From Octopus vulgaris (Eukaryota), in the NCBI GenBank assembly GCA_951406725.2, contig OX597819.1:69502001-69566000 (forward strand): a DNA stretch of 64,000 nucleotides, in the 5' to 3' direction. How positions within the stretch are numbered: the stretch's first letter is position 1; each line of letters begins with the position of its first letter. Both the position numbers and the translations under genes were made by a program. The notes beneath the pieces were generated by a model, which had not been told where the DNA came from, did no database searches, and saw nothing but the letters and a program-made list of their open reading frames with translations. Positions 14,054-27,369 of the stretch are shown here, piece by piece.

Positions 14054-14199
14054 AGGCGCAGGAGTGGCTGTCTGGTAGTAGCTTGCTTACCATCCACATG
14101 GTTCCAGTGGCAACTTGGGCAAATGTCTTCTACTATAGACTCGGGCCGACCAAAGCCTTATGAGTGGATTTGGTAGACGGAAACTGAACAAAGCCGTCT

Positions 14200-14277
<78 letters not shown>

Positions 14278-14485
14278 TGTGTCTGTGTTTGTCTCCCTAA
14301 CATCGCTTGACAACCGATGCTGGTATGATTACGTCCCCGTAACTTAGTGGTTTGGCAAAAGAGACCGATAGAATAAGTAGTAGTCTTAAAAAGAATAAGT
14401 CCTGGGGTGAATTTCCTCGACTAAAGACGGTGCTCCAGCATGGCCGCAGTCAAATGACTGAAACCAGTAGAAGAGTGAAAGAGTA
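14054..14485 (+). mobile_element. SINE family B
   Basis: GGCGCAGGAGTGGCTG head to GTCAAATGACTGAAACC tail. Confidence 0.9.
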
Positions 14486-14902
14486 TTTATTTGTTGTTGA
14501 TGAAACGATGGACATTCATGGGATAAACATGGAAATCCATTATGGAAACGTGTACAGTAGTTACTTAAATAAAGCCTGATATACATACATAATTACATAC
14601 ATATATATATATATGCATGTACGTATGTATGTACGTACGTATGTATGTATGTATGTATGTATGTATGTATGTATGTATGTATGTATGTATGTATGTATGT
14701 ATGTATGTATGTATGTATGTATGTATGTATGTATGTATACGCATATACGCATATACGATTGCGGTGTGGAGTGGCGAATGACGAGGTAAAATAACTTGTG
14801 ATATTGGGTTCCATTCTCAAACCTATCCCGTTTAGCTCAATGTTTACTCTTTTTCTTTTAATAGAATTTCAATATTATAGTTTCTGAGGTTGATGTATTG
14901 AA

Positions 14903-15040
14903 GTTCGAAATTTCCCCAAGACACCTGATGAAGGCTGGAGGGTATATCAGCCAAAACGTTGTGTTAGCAACAAACAAGATGAGGACAAATATCCGTCAAA
15001 TGTAAATAACGTAAATAATTCCTCACCTCTTAAATATACA
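14903..15040 (+). mobile_element. Family E (tRNA-head/HHR element), 5'-truncated copy
   Basis: GACAC-CTGATGA-A-GGCTG..CAGCC-AAAA-CG-TT-GTGTT at 14920-14965 followed by the family tail AACAAGATGAGGACAAATATCCGTCAAATG. Confidence 0.8.
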
Positions 15041-15280
15041 TCTGTTTTAACTTTTTGAGGAGTTCTTTTTAATATTGTCATTGGGTATGGCCAGTCATAA
15101 TGTTAATATTGTTTCACGGTGGCATATGACCTCTTTCCTAATGGATGTAAAAATACAGTCTTGATCAACATAGTGGTTAAAAGAAAATTATCTTCCATGT
15201 GGCAGAACGAGAAGCGTTCAAGGGGATATAAATCAGTCTCTACAAGAAGGTGTTTTCACTTCGTAGTCTCGTTTGAGGAA

Positions 15281-15655
15281 AGGCGGCGAGCTGGTAGAAA
15301 CGTTAGCACGCCGGGCGAAATGAGTAGCCGTATTTCGTCTGCTGTTATGTTCTGAGTTCAAATTCCGCCGAGGTCGACTTTGCCTTTCATCCTTTCGGGG
15401 TCGATAAATTAAGTACCAGTTACGCATTGGGGTCGATGTAATTGCCTTAATCCGTTTGCCTGTCCTTGTTTGTCCTCTCTGTGTGTAGCCTCTTGTGGGT
15501 AGAAAAGAAATAGGTATTTCGTCTGTCTTTACGTTCCGAGTTCAAATTCCGCTGAGGTCGACTTGCCTTTCATCCCTCTCAGAGTCGTTAATTTAAGTAC
15601 CAATTGGGTCCTGTGATCGATCTAAAATTTTGGGCCTGGTGCCTAGAGTACAAAA
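15281..15655 (+). mobile_element. SINE family A, dimeric
   Basis: Head AGGCGGCGAGCTGG plus a second partial unit. Confidence 0.88.
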
Positions 15656-15696
15656 CAATTTCGTTTCAGGTATTAAATGTACACAGATACAGATAT

Positions 15697-15777
15697 ATAT
15701 CTCTCCCTTCCCTATTCCTCTCTCCCCCTCTCTCTCCCTATCCATCAATCTATCCAACGGTCTCTCTATCTATCTCC

Positions 15778-15834
<57 letters not shown>

Positions 15835-16640
15835 ATAACTGATTATTTAAATCTGTGTCTCTCCCATTGTAATTTCATTCCCTCTGATTTTGATAAAAAT
15901 TTGCTTAATAATATCTATGCCGGCACTCTTTCTCTCCCCCTCTCACTCACCTACTCTCTGTTTTTGCCCTCTGCCTCTCCTTTTCTTGATCTCTACGTAC
16001 CTAACAATCACCACTCTCCTCTCTTTCTCCATATTTACGGAACTCTCTCGAAATATTCCTTTTCATCATCCATCAGCTTCTATACACATACGCACCCACA
16101 GACACTAGACACCTTCCTCTCTTGCTCTCTCTCCCCTTCTTCTCTTTCCGTCTTCATTTTTCTCTGCCTCTTCCGCTCTTTCTCTCTCTTCTCCTCTATT
16201 CCTCTCTTCCTCTCTTTCCCTCTCCCTTTTTCTCTACCTCCTCCTCTCTTCCCCTCTCTCTTCCTCTCTTTCCCTCTCTTCCCCTCTCTCTTCCTTTCTT
16301 TTCCTCTCTCCTTCCTCCCTTTCCCTCTCCCTTTTCTCTACCTCTTACCCCCTTTACTCTCACTCTCCCTCTCTTTACCTCTCTCTCCCTCTCCCTCTCT
16401 TTACCTCTCTCTCCCTCTCTTTCTCTCTTTCCATCTACCTTTTCCTCTAACTCTTCTTCTTTTCCTTCTCTTTCTCTCTTTCTTTCTCTCCCTCTTACTC
16501 TCTTCCCCTTCTCTTTTTCTCTCCCTCTTGTTCTCTCTCTCCTCTTCCTCTCTTTCCATCTTTTCTTTCCCTCTCTCTCCATCTCTCCCCCTCTCTCTCT
16601 CTTTCCCTTTCCCTCCCCCTCTCTCCCTTTCTCTCTCTGT
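15697..16640. repeat. CT-rich polypyrimidine low-complexity tract
   Basis: Direct reading; explains the 375-aa L/S/P/F ORF. Confidence 0.9.
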
Positions 16641-17526
16641 CCTTATACTTACACTCAACACAGCTTCCCATCTTACCGTTAACATTTTCTTAAAGGAGTC
16701 TGTGAAGAATGAAAACAACAAAATAGGATAAAACGAAAAACAAAATACAAAACATGCAAAACAATAACAATAAAACAGAAAATATTAAGAAAAACTGGAA
16801 AACAATCATTTATAAAAAAAAAAACAATTACAACACAGAAAAGTATATAAAAAGTTACCAAAACACTATTTGAAACTGCACACATATATAGATACATATG
16901 CATGTATAGATACATGCAAATATACATATAGTGCACATATGTGGGCATGGTGTATGTGTGAACGTGTACGTGTGTGTTTGTATCTATTTATCTATGTATG
17001 TGTGTGAAAGTGTGTGTGTGTGTATTTTCTTTCCCAAGGTTTTTTTTTTATCCCTGGTTAAGGAGTGAAAATGAAGTCACTAGAGCGTTATCCATGGTTA
17101 CTTACATAGCATCACGCTTGACCAATCCAATTCTAATGTGTGTTCTAGATAAACTAGTTCGAACACTCGCAGTAAAACAAGCACTATTACCAGTGGTATC
17201 ACTACTTACCTAACAAACAGCCTACCTACCTATCTTGTTTGCAAGCTAGCTATCGCCATACCCATCTACATCGTCCAGCACGATGCTGACCAAGAGGCGA
17301 AACATGACGGTCGACTTCACTCCATACACCATATTTCATGACGTCCTTCGCTTTGGAGGTAGGACACGCGCGTGTATGTATGCAAGCATGTATGTATGCA
17401 TATATATATATGAATCTATTTATGCATGTATACATGTGTGTGTTTATGTCTCTCGCTATATATTTATGTGTGTAAGTGAAAGTATATATATATGTATATG
17501 TTTGTAAATGCGTAATATATACATAA

Positions 17527-17573
<47 letters not shown>

Positions 17574-17577
17574 AAGA

Positions 17578-17846
17578 AGGCGGCGAGCTGGCTGAAACGT
17601 TAGCACGCCGGGCGAAATGCGTAGCCGTATTTCGTCTGCCGTTACGTTCAGGGTTCAAATCACGCCGAGGTCGACTTTACCTTTCATCCTTTCGTGGTCG
17701 ATTAGATAAGTACCAGTTACGCACTGGGGTCGATGTAAACGACTTAATCCGTGTGTCTGTCCTTGTTTGTCCTCTCTCTGTTTATCCGCTTGTGGGTAGT
17801 AAAGAAATAGGTATTTCGTCTGTCTTTGCGTTCTGAGTTCAAATTC
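17578..17846 (+). mobile_element. SINE family A, preceded by (TAAA)n
   Basis: Matches 15281 copy. Confidence 0.88.
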
Positions 17847-17856
17847 GATCCATAAC

Positions 17857-18069
17857 TGCCCACGGGCATATGGCGTAGTGGTTAAGAGCGCAGGTTACTA
17901 ACCCCAAGATTCCGAGTTCGATTCCATGCAATGACCTGAAGTTTCCCCAAGACACCTGTTGAGGGCTGTAGGGTATATCAGCCGAAACGTTGTGTTAACA
18001 AGCAAGATGAGGACATATATCCGTCAAGTATGAATAATTTACATAATTCCTCATTCCTTAAATATAGAA

Positions 18070-18072
<3 letters not shown>
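17857..18072 (+). mobile_element. Family E element: tRNA-like head joined to HHR motif (internal deletion)
   Basis: TGCCCACGGGCA leader hairpin; A box TGGCGTAGTGG; B box GAGTTCGATTCC; HHR GACAC-CTGTTGA-G-GGCTG..CAGCC-GAAA-CG-TT-GTGTT at 17951-17996. Confidence 0.85.
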
Positions 18073-18135
<63 letters not shown>

Positions 18136-18174
18136 TATAATATATGTTATATTATATGTATATATATATATACA

Positions 18175-18553
<379 letters not shown>

Positions 18554-18677
18554 AATATATATATATACACATATATTATATATGTATATATATACACTAT
18601 ATTATATGTATATATATATATATATATAGATAATATTATATGTATATATATATATATATATATATGCATTATATTAA

Positions 18678-18717
<40 letters not shown>

Positions 18718-18949
18718 TATACTATATGTATATATATATATATATATACATTATATTATATGTATATATATACACATTATATTATATGTATATATATACA
18801 CACACATATTATATTATATGTATATATATATATATGTATATATATACATACATATATTATATGTATATATATATACACACACATATATTATATGTGTATA
18901 TATATATATACACTCACACATATTATATTATATGTATATATATATATAT

Positions 18950-20427
18950 AGTGTAATAAATAAAATATATGCATACATACAAACATATATGTACGTGCCT
19001 ACATCTACATGTATATATACATGCATATATAAATATATATACGTGAGTACAGGACACCACAGCTAGACGTAGAACTCAACGAAAAACGAAAACGGACAAG
19101 CCATTTTTTTACAACAAAAAAACAGAGACGAAACGAAAACGGGAAAAACATTATTTTTTTACAACAGAAAAATAAGGTACAGGACAAACTACACAAGGAA
19201 AAATCCCCAGTCATCAGCTGTCACTAACAGACTCAAGCGTGTTTCGAAGGCAAGACAGGACACGACTCGTCAACTAGTCCTTCTTGCGAGAGAATTAAAA
19301 TAAAATTGCCTCGCAGAGGGGTAAAAACAGACATGAAAAACAGACATGAAAAGAATGTAAGAAAAACAGGACGTAAAAACGATACAAATAAAACTGCAAA
19401 ATAAAAATACATGTACAAGAAAATACAAAACGAGAAATAAAAATAATACGAGAAATCAAATTAGACAAGAAAACAAACGAAAAAAGCAAACGAAAAGGCC
19501 TTTTTTTCTGGCATAGACGGAAGATGTTGTAGTAGCAGCGCATGGGAACACGACTTTTCAGTTTGGAAGCAGGGTGCAAAAGGAAGTGGCTAGGAGTGAC
19601 AAGGATGAGGAGGAGTGAGAGAGAGAGAGAGAGAGAGGAAGACAAGCGGCTGAGAGAGAGAAGGGGAAGAGTGAGAGGGAGAGAGAGTGGGGGAGGCAAA
19701 GCAAAGGGAGAGAATTTCGCGTCATAATTATATATAAAACAATACTGGGAGGAAGAGAAATGGAACGAAGGGACGAATCGGCACGAACACGACGCGATGC
19801 GCTGTCAGACAATAGTGTAATAAATAAAATATATGCATACATACAAACATATATGTACGTACCTACATCTACATGTATATATACACACATATATAAATAT
19901 ATATACGTGAGTACAGGACACCACAACTAGACGTAGAACTCAACGAAAAACGAAAACGGACAAGCCATTTTTTTACAACAAAAAAACAGAGACGAAACGA
20001 AAACGGGAAAAACATTATTTTTTACAACAGAAAAATAAGGTACAGGACAAACTACACAAGGAAAAATCCCCAATCATCAGCTGTCACTAGCAGACTCAAG
20101 CGTGTTTCGAAGGCAAGACAGGACAAGACTCGTCAACTAGTCCTTCCTGCGAGAGAATTAAAATAAAATTGCCTCGCAGAGGGGTAAAAACAGACATGAA
20201 AAACAGACATGAAAAAATGTAAGAAAAACAGGACTTAAAAACGATACAAATAAAGCTGCAGAATAAAAATACATGTACAAGAAAATACAAAACGAGAAAT
20301 AAAAATAATACGAGAAATCAAATTAGACAAGAAAACAAACGAAAAAAGCAAACGAAAAGGCCTTTTTTTTCTGGCATAGACGGAAGATGTTGTAGTAGCT
20401 TCGTTCCATTTCTCTTCCTCCCAGTAT

Positions 20428-20440
<13 letters not shown>
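18950..20440 (-). repeat. ~585-bp direct repeat pair (18950-19535 and 19814-20398) plus a 42-bp inverted segment; probable non-autonomous Penelope-type element
   Basis: Near-identical direct repeats; 20399-20440 is the reverse complement of ~19730-19770. Confidence 0.8.
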
Positions 20441-20463
<23 letters not shown>

Positions 20464-20604
20464 AAGGTCACAAAAGTGAGCTTTACTATAGCACCAGCTA
20501 CTGCCAGAAACAAAAGTGAAACAACACAAAAGCCACGAAGAGCTCTGTCTTAATTTGCCCTTAGGACCAAATGGTTAATAAACACCTGGTTTCATTTGCT
20601 TTAC

Positions 20605-20775
<171 letters not shown>

Positions 20776-20776
20776 T

Positions 20777-22106
20777 AGTCTCGGGAGTGGCCATGGGAAC
20801 GCGAATGAGCCCCAACTATGCGAACCTGTTCGTTGGCTATGTTGAGGCCCAAATATTCTCTAATTTCACTGGTCCCACTCCCGAACTATACGGTCGTAAC
20901 ATTGACAACATTATCGGTGAACATCTAGATACCTTCCTCTCTTTCGTTCAATCCTTCCATCCTGCCCTCCACTTCACTTCCACCATCTCCAACACCTCTG
21001 TCTCCTTCCTCGACATTTCGGTCAGCATTCATCACTCAACTCTTACCACCTCCATTCACTACAAACACACAGACTCACACTCATACCTAAATTTCTCTTC
21101 CTCCCACCCCAAACACACCAAGCTTTCCATCCCCTATTCCAAATTCCTCCGTCTACGTAGGCTCTGTAGTGACGACCATGACTTTGAGACTCAGTCTCAA
21201 CGCATGGCTCGCCACTTCATCCTACGTGGATACCCCCTCACCACCATCCATACCGCCCTTGCCAGAGCACGTTCCGTGGACCGTGGATCTGCTCTCTCCC
21301 CCCAAACCCGCCCTGTAGTCTCCCGCCTCTCTTTTCCCCTCACTTACCACCCCACGACCCTACCTCTCCAACGCACCATTCTTCGAGCTTTCCGGCATCT
21401 CCAGTCCTACCCGTCCAATTCACACCTCTTCCCTAACCGACCCCTCCCCTCCTTCAAACGAGCCCATAACCTACGAGACCTTTTGGTCCACAGCTCCTTC
21501 CCTGACCCTACCTCCCAATCTGGCTCGTTCCCCTGCTCCCGCCCACGTTGCCGCACTTGCCCTTACTTCTCCAACACCACTCTCCTCACTGGCACCCAAC
21601 ATCGACCCTATCGCATCATCAACTCCTTCACCTGCACTCCAGCAATATCATCTATTGCATCTCTTGCTCTCTCTGCCATTCCCTGTACATCGGACAAACG
21701 GGACGCCGCTTGGCTGACCGGTTCGCGGATAACCTCCGTGACATCCGCCTTGCCAACAATACACCGGTCTCACGCCATTTCCGCTCCACCGGTCACTCCT
21801 TTTTGCAACACCTGTCTGTGTTCGGTTTGTCCTTGCACAGAGGCCATCCGGATTCCCGTTTGCACGTTTGATTTCTGACTTCTGGCCGGAATCAGATCGC
21901 CATGTTGAATCGCTAGCTTCTGCACGCATTATTTTTCTGTCCTTGTTTCTCTCCGTGTTTCTTTTCTGTGTATCTTTCTGTTGAAGAGCGTAGGCTCGAA
22001 ACGTAAAAGACTTGTTTTATTTATATTCCTGAGCGCCATACTAATACAATTGTTTGTTTGTACTCCACCTGCCTTCGTCTTTTGTTTATTTTCATAAAGC
22101 TTCCCG

Positions 22107-22107
<1 letters not shown>
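20777..22107 (+). mobile_element. 5'-truncated Penelope-like element (RT C-half + GIY-YIG + terminal region with HHR), flanked by (TA)n
   Basis: [26 protein letters not shown] (YxDD degenerate), [32 protein letters not shown]; frameshift near 21636 into [21 protein letters not shown]. Confidence 0.93.
21973..22010 (+). ncRNA. Minimal type I HHR variant (CUGUUGA-A core)
   Basis: TCTTT/AAAGA stem I; CTGTTGA 21978-84; GAGC-GTAG-GCTC stem II; GAAA 21998-22001; CG; TA. Confidence 0.6.
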
Positions 22108-22158
<51 letters not shown>

Positions 22159-22257
22159 CGCGTATAGAAACATGCACATATACATACTTTCATATACACA
22201 CATAAATATATATGTACAGACATATATACATGCATGCATACATAAATAAATACATTC

Positions 22258-22302
<45 letters not shown>

Positions 22303-22305
<3 letters not shown>

Positions 22306-22905
22306 TTATACTCCAGGCACAAGGCCCGATTCGATTAGATCGACCCCAGTAAGCAGCTGGTACTTAATTTATCGACCCTGAAAGGATGAAAAGCAAAGTC
22401 GTCCTCGGCGGCATTTGAACTCAGAACGTGAAGACAGACGAAATGCCGCTAAGCATTTCGCCCGGCACGCTTACGATTCTGCCAGCTTATCACCTTCTGT
22501 CATCCTTAATATTATTTTCTACTCAATGCACAAAGTCCGAAATTTTGGGGGAGGGGGCCAGTCGATTAGATCGACGCCAGAACGCAAGTGGTACTTAATA
22601 TATTAACCCCGAAGGGATAAAGTCGACCTCGACTGAATTTGAACTCAGAACGAAAAGACAGACGAAATGCCACTAAGCATTTCGTCCGACGTCCTAACGT
22701 TTCTGGCATCTTCACCACCTTCTCTCATCCGTAATATTCTTTTCTACTCTAGACACAAGGCCCGAAATTTTGGAGGAAGGGGCCAGTCGATTAGATCGAC
22801 GCCAGTACGCAACTGGTACTTAACATATTTACCCCGAAAGGATAAAGTCGACCTGAGTTGAATTTGAACTCAGAACGGAGAGACAGACGAAATACCGCTA
22901 AACAT
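22303..22905 (-). mobile_element. Three tandem SINE family A units
   Basis: TTTGAACTCAGAACG..AGACAGACGAAAT recurs three times at ~220-230 bp spacing. Confidence 0.85.
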
Positions 22906-22926
22906 GTTTGCACTATAATATAAGTT

Positions 22927-22984
22927 CAAAATTCTGATGATCGAAGAGCTTAGTCACCATAGAAACCGACGGTGGTCAATTTTG
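22927..22984 (+). ncRNA. Type I HHR motif, intact core, weak stem II
   Basis: Stem I CAAAATT(22927-33)/AATTTTG(22978-84); CTGATGA 22934-40; GAAA 22962-65; CC/GG stem III; GTC 22975-77. Confidence 0.55.
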
Positions 22985-23483
22985 TATAAATATGTTCTTT
23001 GTTTTTTTTTTGGCTTTCTTTATTGTTTTTGCTTGTTTTTTTTTTATATCTAGCTGATGATTCATTCCAGCAGGATGGAGAGTTTGTCAGTCACTGTGTC
23101 TCGTCAGGCGACAAGATTTTACCTGAACGGACGTAGTAAACTAGAAAATCTTATTAACAACCGAGTCTATCACCGACTTCAAACGAATAAATAAACGGTG
23201 CTACATGTATTAAGTGTTCCATCTCCCATTAGCAATATCAACCCTTCTATCTCACTCTTTTGCACTCTGTTAGTTCTCTCTCCCCACTCTCTCTTTCTAT
23301 CTATCTATCTATCTCTCTTAAACACGCTCTTGGAATCTCTCTCTCTCTTCTCCCTTACTTTCGTGTATATAATATATATGTTAGAAGGAAAGTTTTCATG
23401 GTAATACAACCCGGGTACTTATAATACGTACCTATTATATTGCGTCATTAAGCAGAATAGTTTATATATATATATATACAGAC

Positions 23484-23634
<151 letters not shown>

Positions 23635-23898
23635 TGTCGGTGCATAGGTGCAAAATGATGAAGGCAAAAGTAGTACTGGAACGCCGAAGATAAAGTAAGA
23701 TATAGTGATTTATTGAGCCAGAAAAACTTCACAAAACTGTGCTCCTAATTTACACATAACTGATCATCACACAAAATGCACGCACGCATGCACAAAACAA
23801 TGCACACATACACTTTTTTAAACAATTATCTTTTTTCTCACAAGTTTCAGTCATTAGACTGACTGCGACCAAGTTGAACAAGTCGCTCCAAGTACTTA

Positions 23899-24205
23899 TA
23901 TGAGGGTGAGTCAAAAAGTAATGCCATTTTGTTTAGGACAGGTATAATTACCAACACAGGAACATGTATCATTCATCAAAATAAAGCTGGTCGTCTGTGG
24001 ATCACATCCATACTTCTCAACATAGTCACCGTATCTCTCAATAGCAATGTTTCACCTTCGAATGTGAGCATGTATCCCTGCCCCATAAAATTCTGTTGAC
24101 TGTTCTTTGAGCCACTTCTTCACTACAGTTTTCACTCCCTCATCACTGGAGTAATGTTTGACTCACAAACCATCTTTCATGGGGCCGAAGAGATGATAGT
24201 CCAAT
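23899..24205 (-). mobile_element. mariner 3' end remnant with TIR
   Basis: TA-TGAGGGTGAGTCAAAAAGTAATGCC TIR; minus-strand DYHLFGPMKDGL*VKHYSSDEGVKTVVKKWLKEQSTEFY..GI....GDYVEK. Confidence 0.88.
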
Positions 24206-24209
24206 GACA

Positions 24210-24778
24210 AGGAAGTGAAAACTGTAGAGGAGAAGTTTACTTTCTCAGCCTGAGGAGAAGCGGGGCCTGGGCTGCTAGCTGACACCACCAAGATACCACT
24301 GAAATAGGCGTCACTGCATGTGACATCCCAGATAAGGGGCATACTACCACAGACAGAGAAAATTGTCATAACTATTTCTTTACTACCCACAAGGGGCTAA
24401 ACACAGAGAGGACAAACAAGGACAGACAAACGGATTAAGTCGATTATATCGACCCCAGTGCATAACTGGTACTTATTTAATCGAACCCGAAAGGATGAAA
24501 GGCAAAGTCGACCTCAGCGGAATTTGAACTCAGAACGTAGCGACAGTCGAAATACGGCTACGCATTTCACCCGGCGTGCTAACGTTTCTGCCAGCTCGCC
24601 GCCTTGTCATACCGTCCAGTCTTCTAACATCCCTTCGGTCTACCCCGATGGCTGGATCTGGGAAGGGAAACCTACGGCGTCTAAGCCATCCTTTATAATC
24701 TTGTTAAGGGCGGCATGGCGTTTCAGGCGGCCAACACTATGACGGCATAACAGCGGGTGGAGGCCGAAGGAAACCACT
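24210..24778 (-). mobile_element. CRE-like non-LTR retrotransposon zinc-knuckle/REL endonuclease remnant, split by a SINE
   Basis: GLHPLLCRHSVGRLKRHAALNKIIKDGLDAVGFPSQIQP..RRLDGMT / IFS..PLIWDVTCSD..SASSPG.A..QAE resembles CRE-clade HxxxC..RH..RPDG..WDxT. Confidence 0.8.
24372..24604 (-). mobile_element. SINE family A with TTGTCATA target-site duplication
   Basis: TTGTCATA at 24363-70 and 24604-11 flanks a full copy. Confidence 0.9.
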
Positions 24779-25805
24779 GAGTTTATGTGCCGTTTATTTT
24801 AGAATTCCATATACTACAAAAATGATCGTTTTCTTGGTTTACCTTTAAATATATGTTTAAATCAACCTCTGCTATATCAAACTATGCTACTTGATATAAC
24901 ACAAATTGTTCTGTTTCTACTTCTGCTCCGCTATCGCTTAACAACTCCAGCAAAAGAAAAATAAAAGTTATGTTACAAGCGATTGAACGCATCAGCAATT
25001 TGGTCGAATGTGGATTAGCTGACTGATTTTTTTTTTCCTTTTTTCTATTTTCTTTCATGATTTCAGGAAGTTGTTAGATGAAATAAACCAAATTTAAAAC
25101 TACACTTGTCTCGTTTGTTTAAATTATTTTTATATTTTAATTAGTTGTTTTGTTTTGTAGTAAAACAGAATAATTTTTACGTTGAATTCTCCGACTCTCG
25201 TTGAATTTCTGGTTGATTTCATGTATATTTAGTCCGCCATTTCACTATCCATTACGATTTTTTTTTCATTTCTTCTATATATGTCTGTGTATATTTGATG
25301 TCGCTATGGCAACTGGGAAGGGTAGCTTGCAACCAGACAAACATTGGTTACTTTATAATCAACATTAACAATCTTTTAATGATTAACAGAAACTGGATCG
25401 ATTTAAGCACTGTTAGGATTTCTCCAATCATCATCGTAACACTCACGATGGAAATTAATTTATTGATCACCTAAGAAGAGGAAATGAAACCAAATTTCGA
25501 ATTTGCATGAAGGGAGAGAACTCAATAAGATGTAAGTGCCGCAAAATTGCTGTTAGATGCACCAGATAGAGACAAATAAACCCTTACATACATACGTGCA
25601 TGCATGCATGCATCCATCCGTCCATACATACATGCATACATACATATATACATACATACACGCATGTATACATCCATACATCCATCCATCCATACATACA
25701 TGCATGCATGCATACATACATACATACACGCATGTATACATACATACATAGATACATGCATACATCCATCCATCCATACATACATACATGCATGCATACA
25801 TACAT

Positions 25806-26290
25806 GAGAGAAGAGAAACTAGCTGCCCAGTGGATTTTAACATGAAGCTGAAGATCAGTGGAAAAAGGAACACCTATACTGAACTATTCAGACTTCTGCA
25901 ATTACTCTATCCAGATTCGAAGTCCAGGTTTATACCTGTAATTATTGGGCCCTGGGATGTGTAACACACAGTCTAAATACCAATCTTGAGAAATTAGGCT
26001 TTCAAAACCAGAAAGGAGAAAGCTAATTCGAAGACTACAGATGCAATTCATCACTGGAACTGTAAAAATCTGTAAAACTTTCCAGAAGTTTATCGTTTAA
26101 ATATATATGAGCATTTTCAGATATGCACTTCTATGCGTGAGAATACATACAAAACACCATACAAGTCAACACAAACATACATACATACGAAAATACCTTA
26201 TTGTTGATGTTGAAATTGTGATGAAGAAACCTTGGATATAAATTAGTAACCAGTTCTTTCTCTATTGAAATAAACTGAATAATGAAATAC
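25806..26290 (+). mobile_element. R4/Dong-like non-LTR retrotransposon 3' end (REL C-terminus + 3' UTR)
   Basis: SCPVDFNMKLKISGKRNTYTELFRLLQLLYPD..RFIPVIIG..LG..NLEKLGF..RRLQ....GTVKICKTF; homologous to 55621-55917. Confidence 0.75.
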
Positions 26291-27369
26291 GTACATATGG
26301 TGTATAGAAGAGGTTTTCCTTTTGAAGCACATCTTCACGTTCTAGTGGTCAAATGCAAGAATATAGGTGTTTTATTTCAATTGAGGCATACATGCAAATT
26401 GAAAAGATTCTTTTTGTATCTTTGCCTGAAGTAGTGTGGATAAACAATCCTCTACATGATTTCAACATTTAATTCATATCCTACAATGAAACACTTGTAA
26501 AAGAGAATTTAAAAAATATATCACATTTTCCAATTTCTGTTTTAATATATGCATATGTGTGCAAAAGCGGTGAGCTTTCAGAATCGTTAGCATCCTGGGT
26601 AAACTGCTTCGCTGCATTTCGCCTGTCCACAGAGGCAGACTTTACCTTTCGGGGCCGATAAAATACTGGGCTCGATGTAATCCGATTACCCATACCGCTG
26701 AAATTACTCGCCTGGGGCCAAAATTTGGAAGATACCTGCCGTCTTGAAGCCAAATATGGTCGTTTTTCTTTTCGCACTGACTTAAGCCGCTCAAACTACT
26801 CGCAGTAGATCTCCTTTGGTATCGTTTGGTTCGGGTTTAAAAATTTAAAGTGGAATAAACCTTTCGTATTTCACCAAACATTTCAACGCCTTACGAGGGT
26901 GAAGATCTTCTTTAGCCTGGGGTGTATGTGTTTCTTCTTTCCCTTTCCACTCTCTTCGGCGCTTGACATTTTTATAGAGAACCCATTTATCATCACCGCC
27001 ACTATTCGGTCCCCAAAAATATTTATTCGTGTGACGTAACAGCAAAGAAGAGCACACACTCACTCTCTGCTCACGATTAGACTCGGAAAGATTGCCACCA
27101 AACAGAAATCCATATAATCGTTAAAGGCACAAAATTGCGTTTGACACACACGCCGTTGATAAGGAATTGGAGAACTTCTGTGTCTGTTTTCCCTTTGTTC
27201 GTTTCCTATCTCTGTCGGTTTTTCGCTTATGCATTTACTATACATTTTTAAACTTATTAATTAACGGAAAACGACGCACCCATGGTTTTATTAACAGTAA
27301 CATATATATATATGTACACACACATACTCACATATAAATACACACACACACATATATGTATGTATATGT

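Noticed and set aside
15604-16731. 375-aa ORF
   Set aside because: Translation of a CT-rich low-complexity tract that cannot encode stops; no domain
17866-17938. Possible tRNA gene
   Set aside because: A/B boxes present but acceptor and T stems do not close; it is the head of a repeat family
22303-22905. Regularly spaced repeats suggesting a CRISPR-like array
   Set aside because: Units are ~225-bp tandem SINE copies without unique spacers; eukaryotic context
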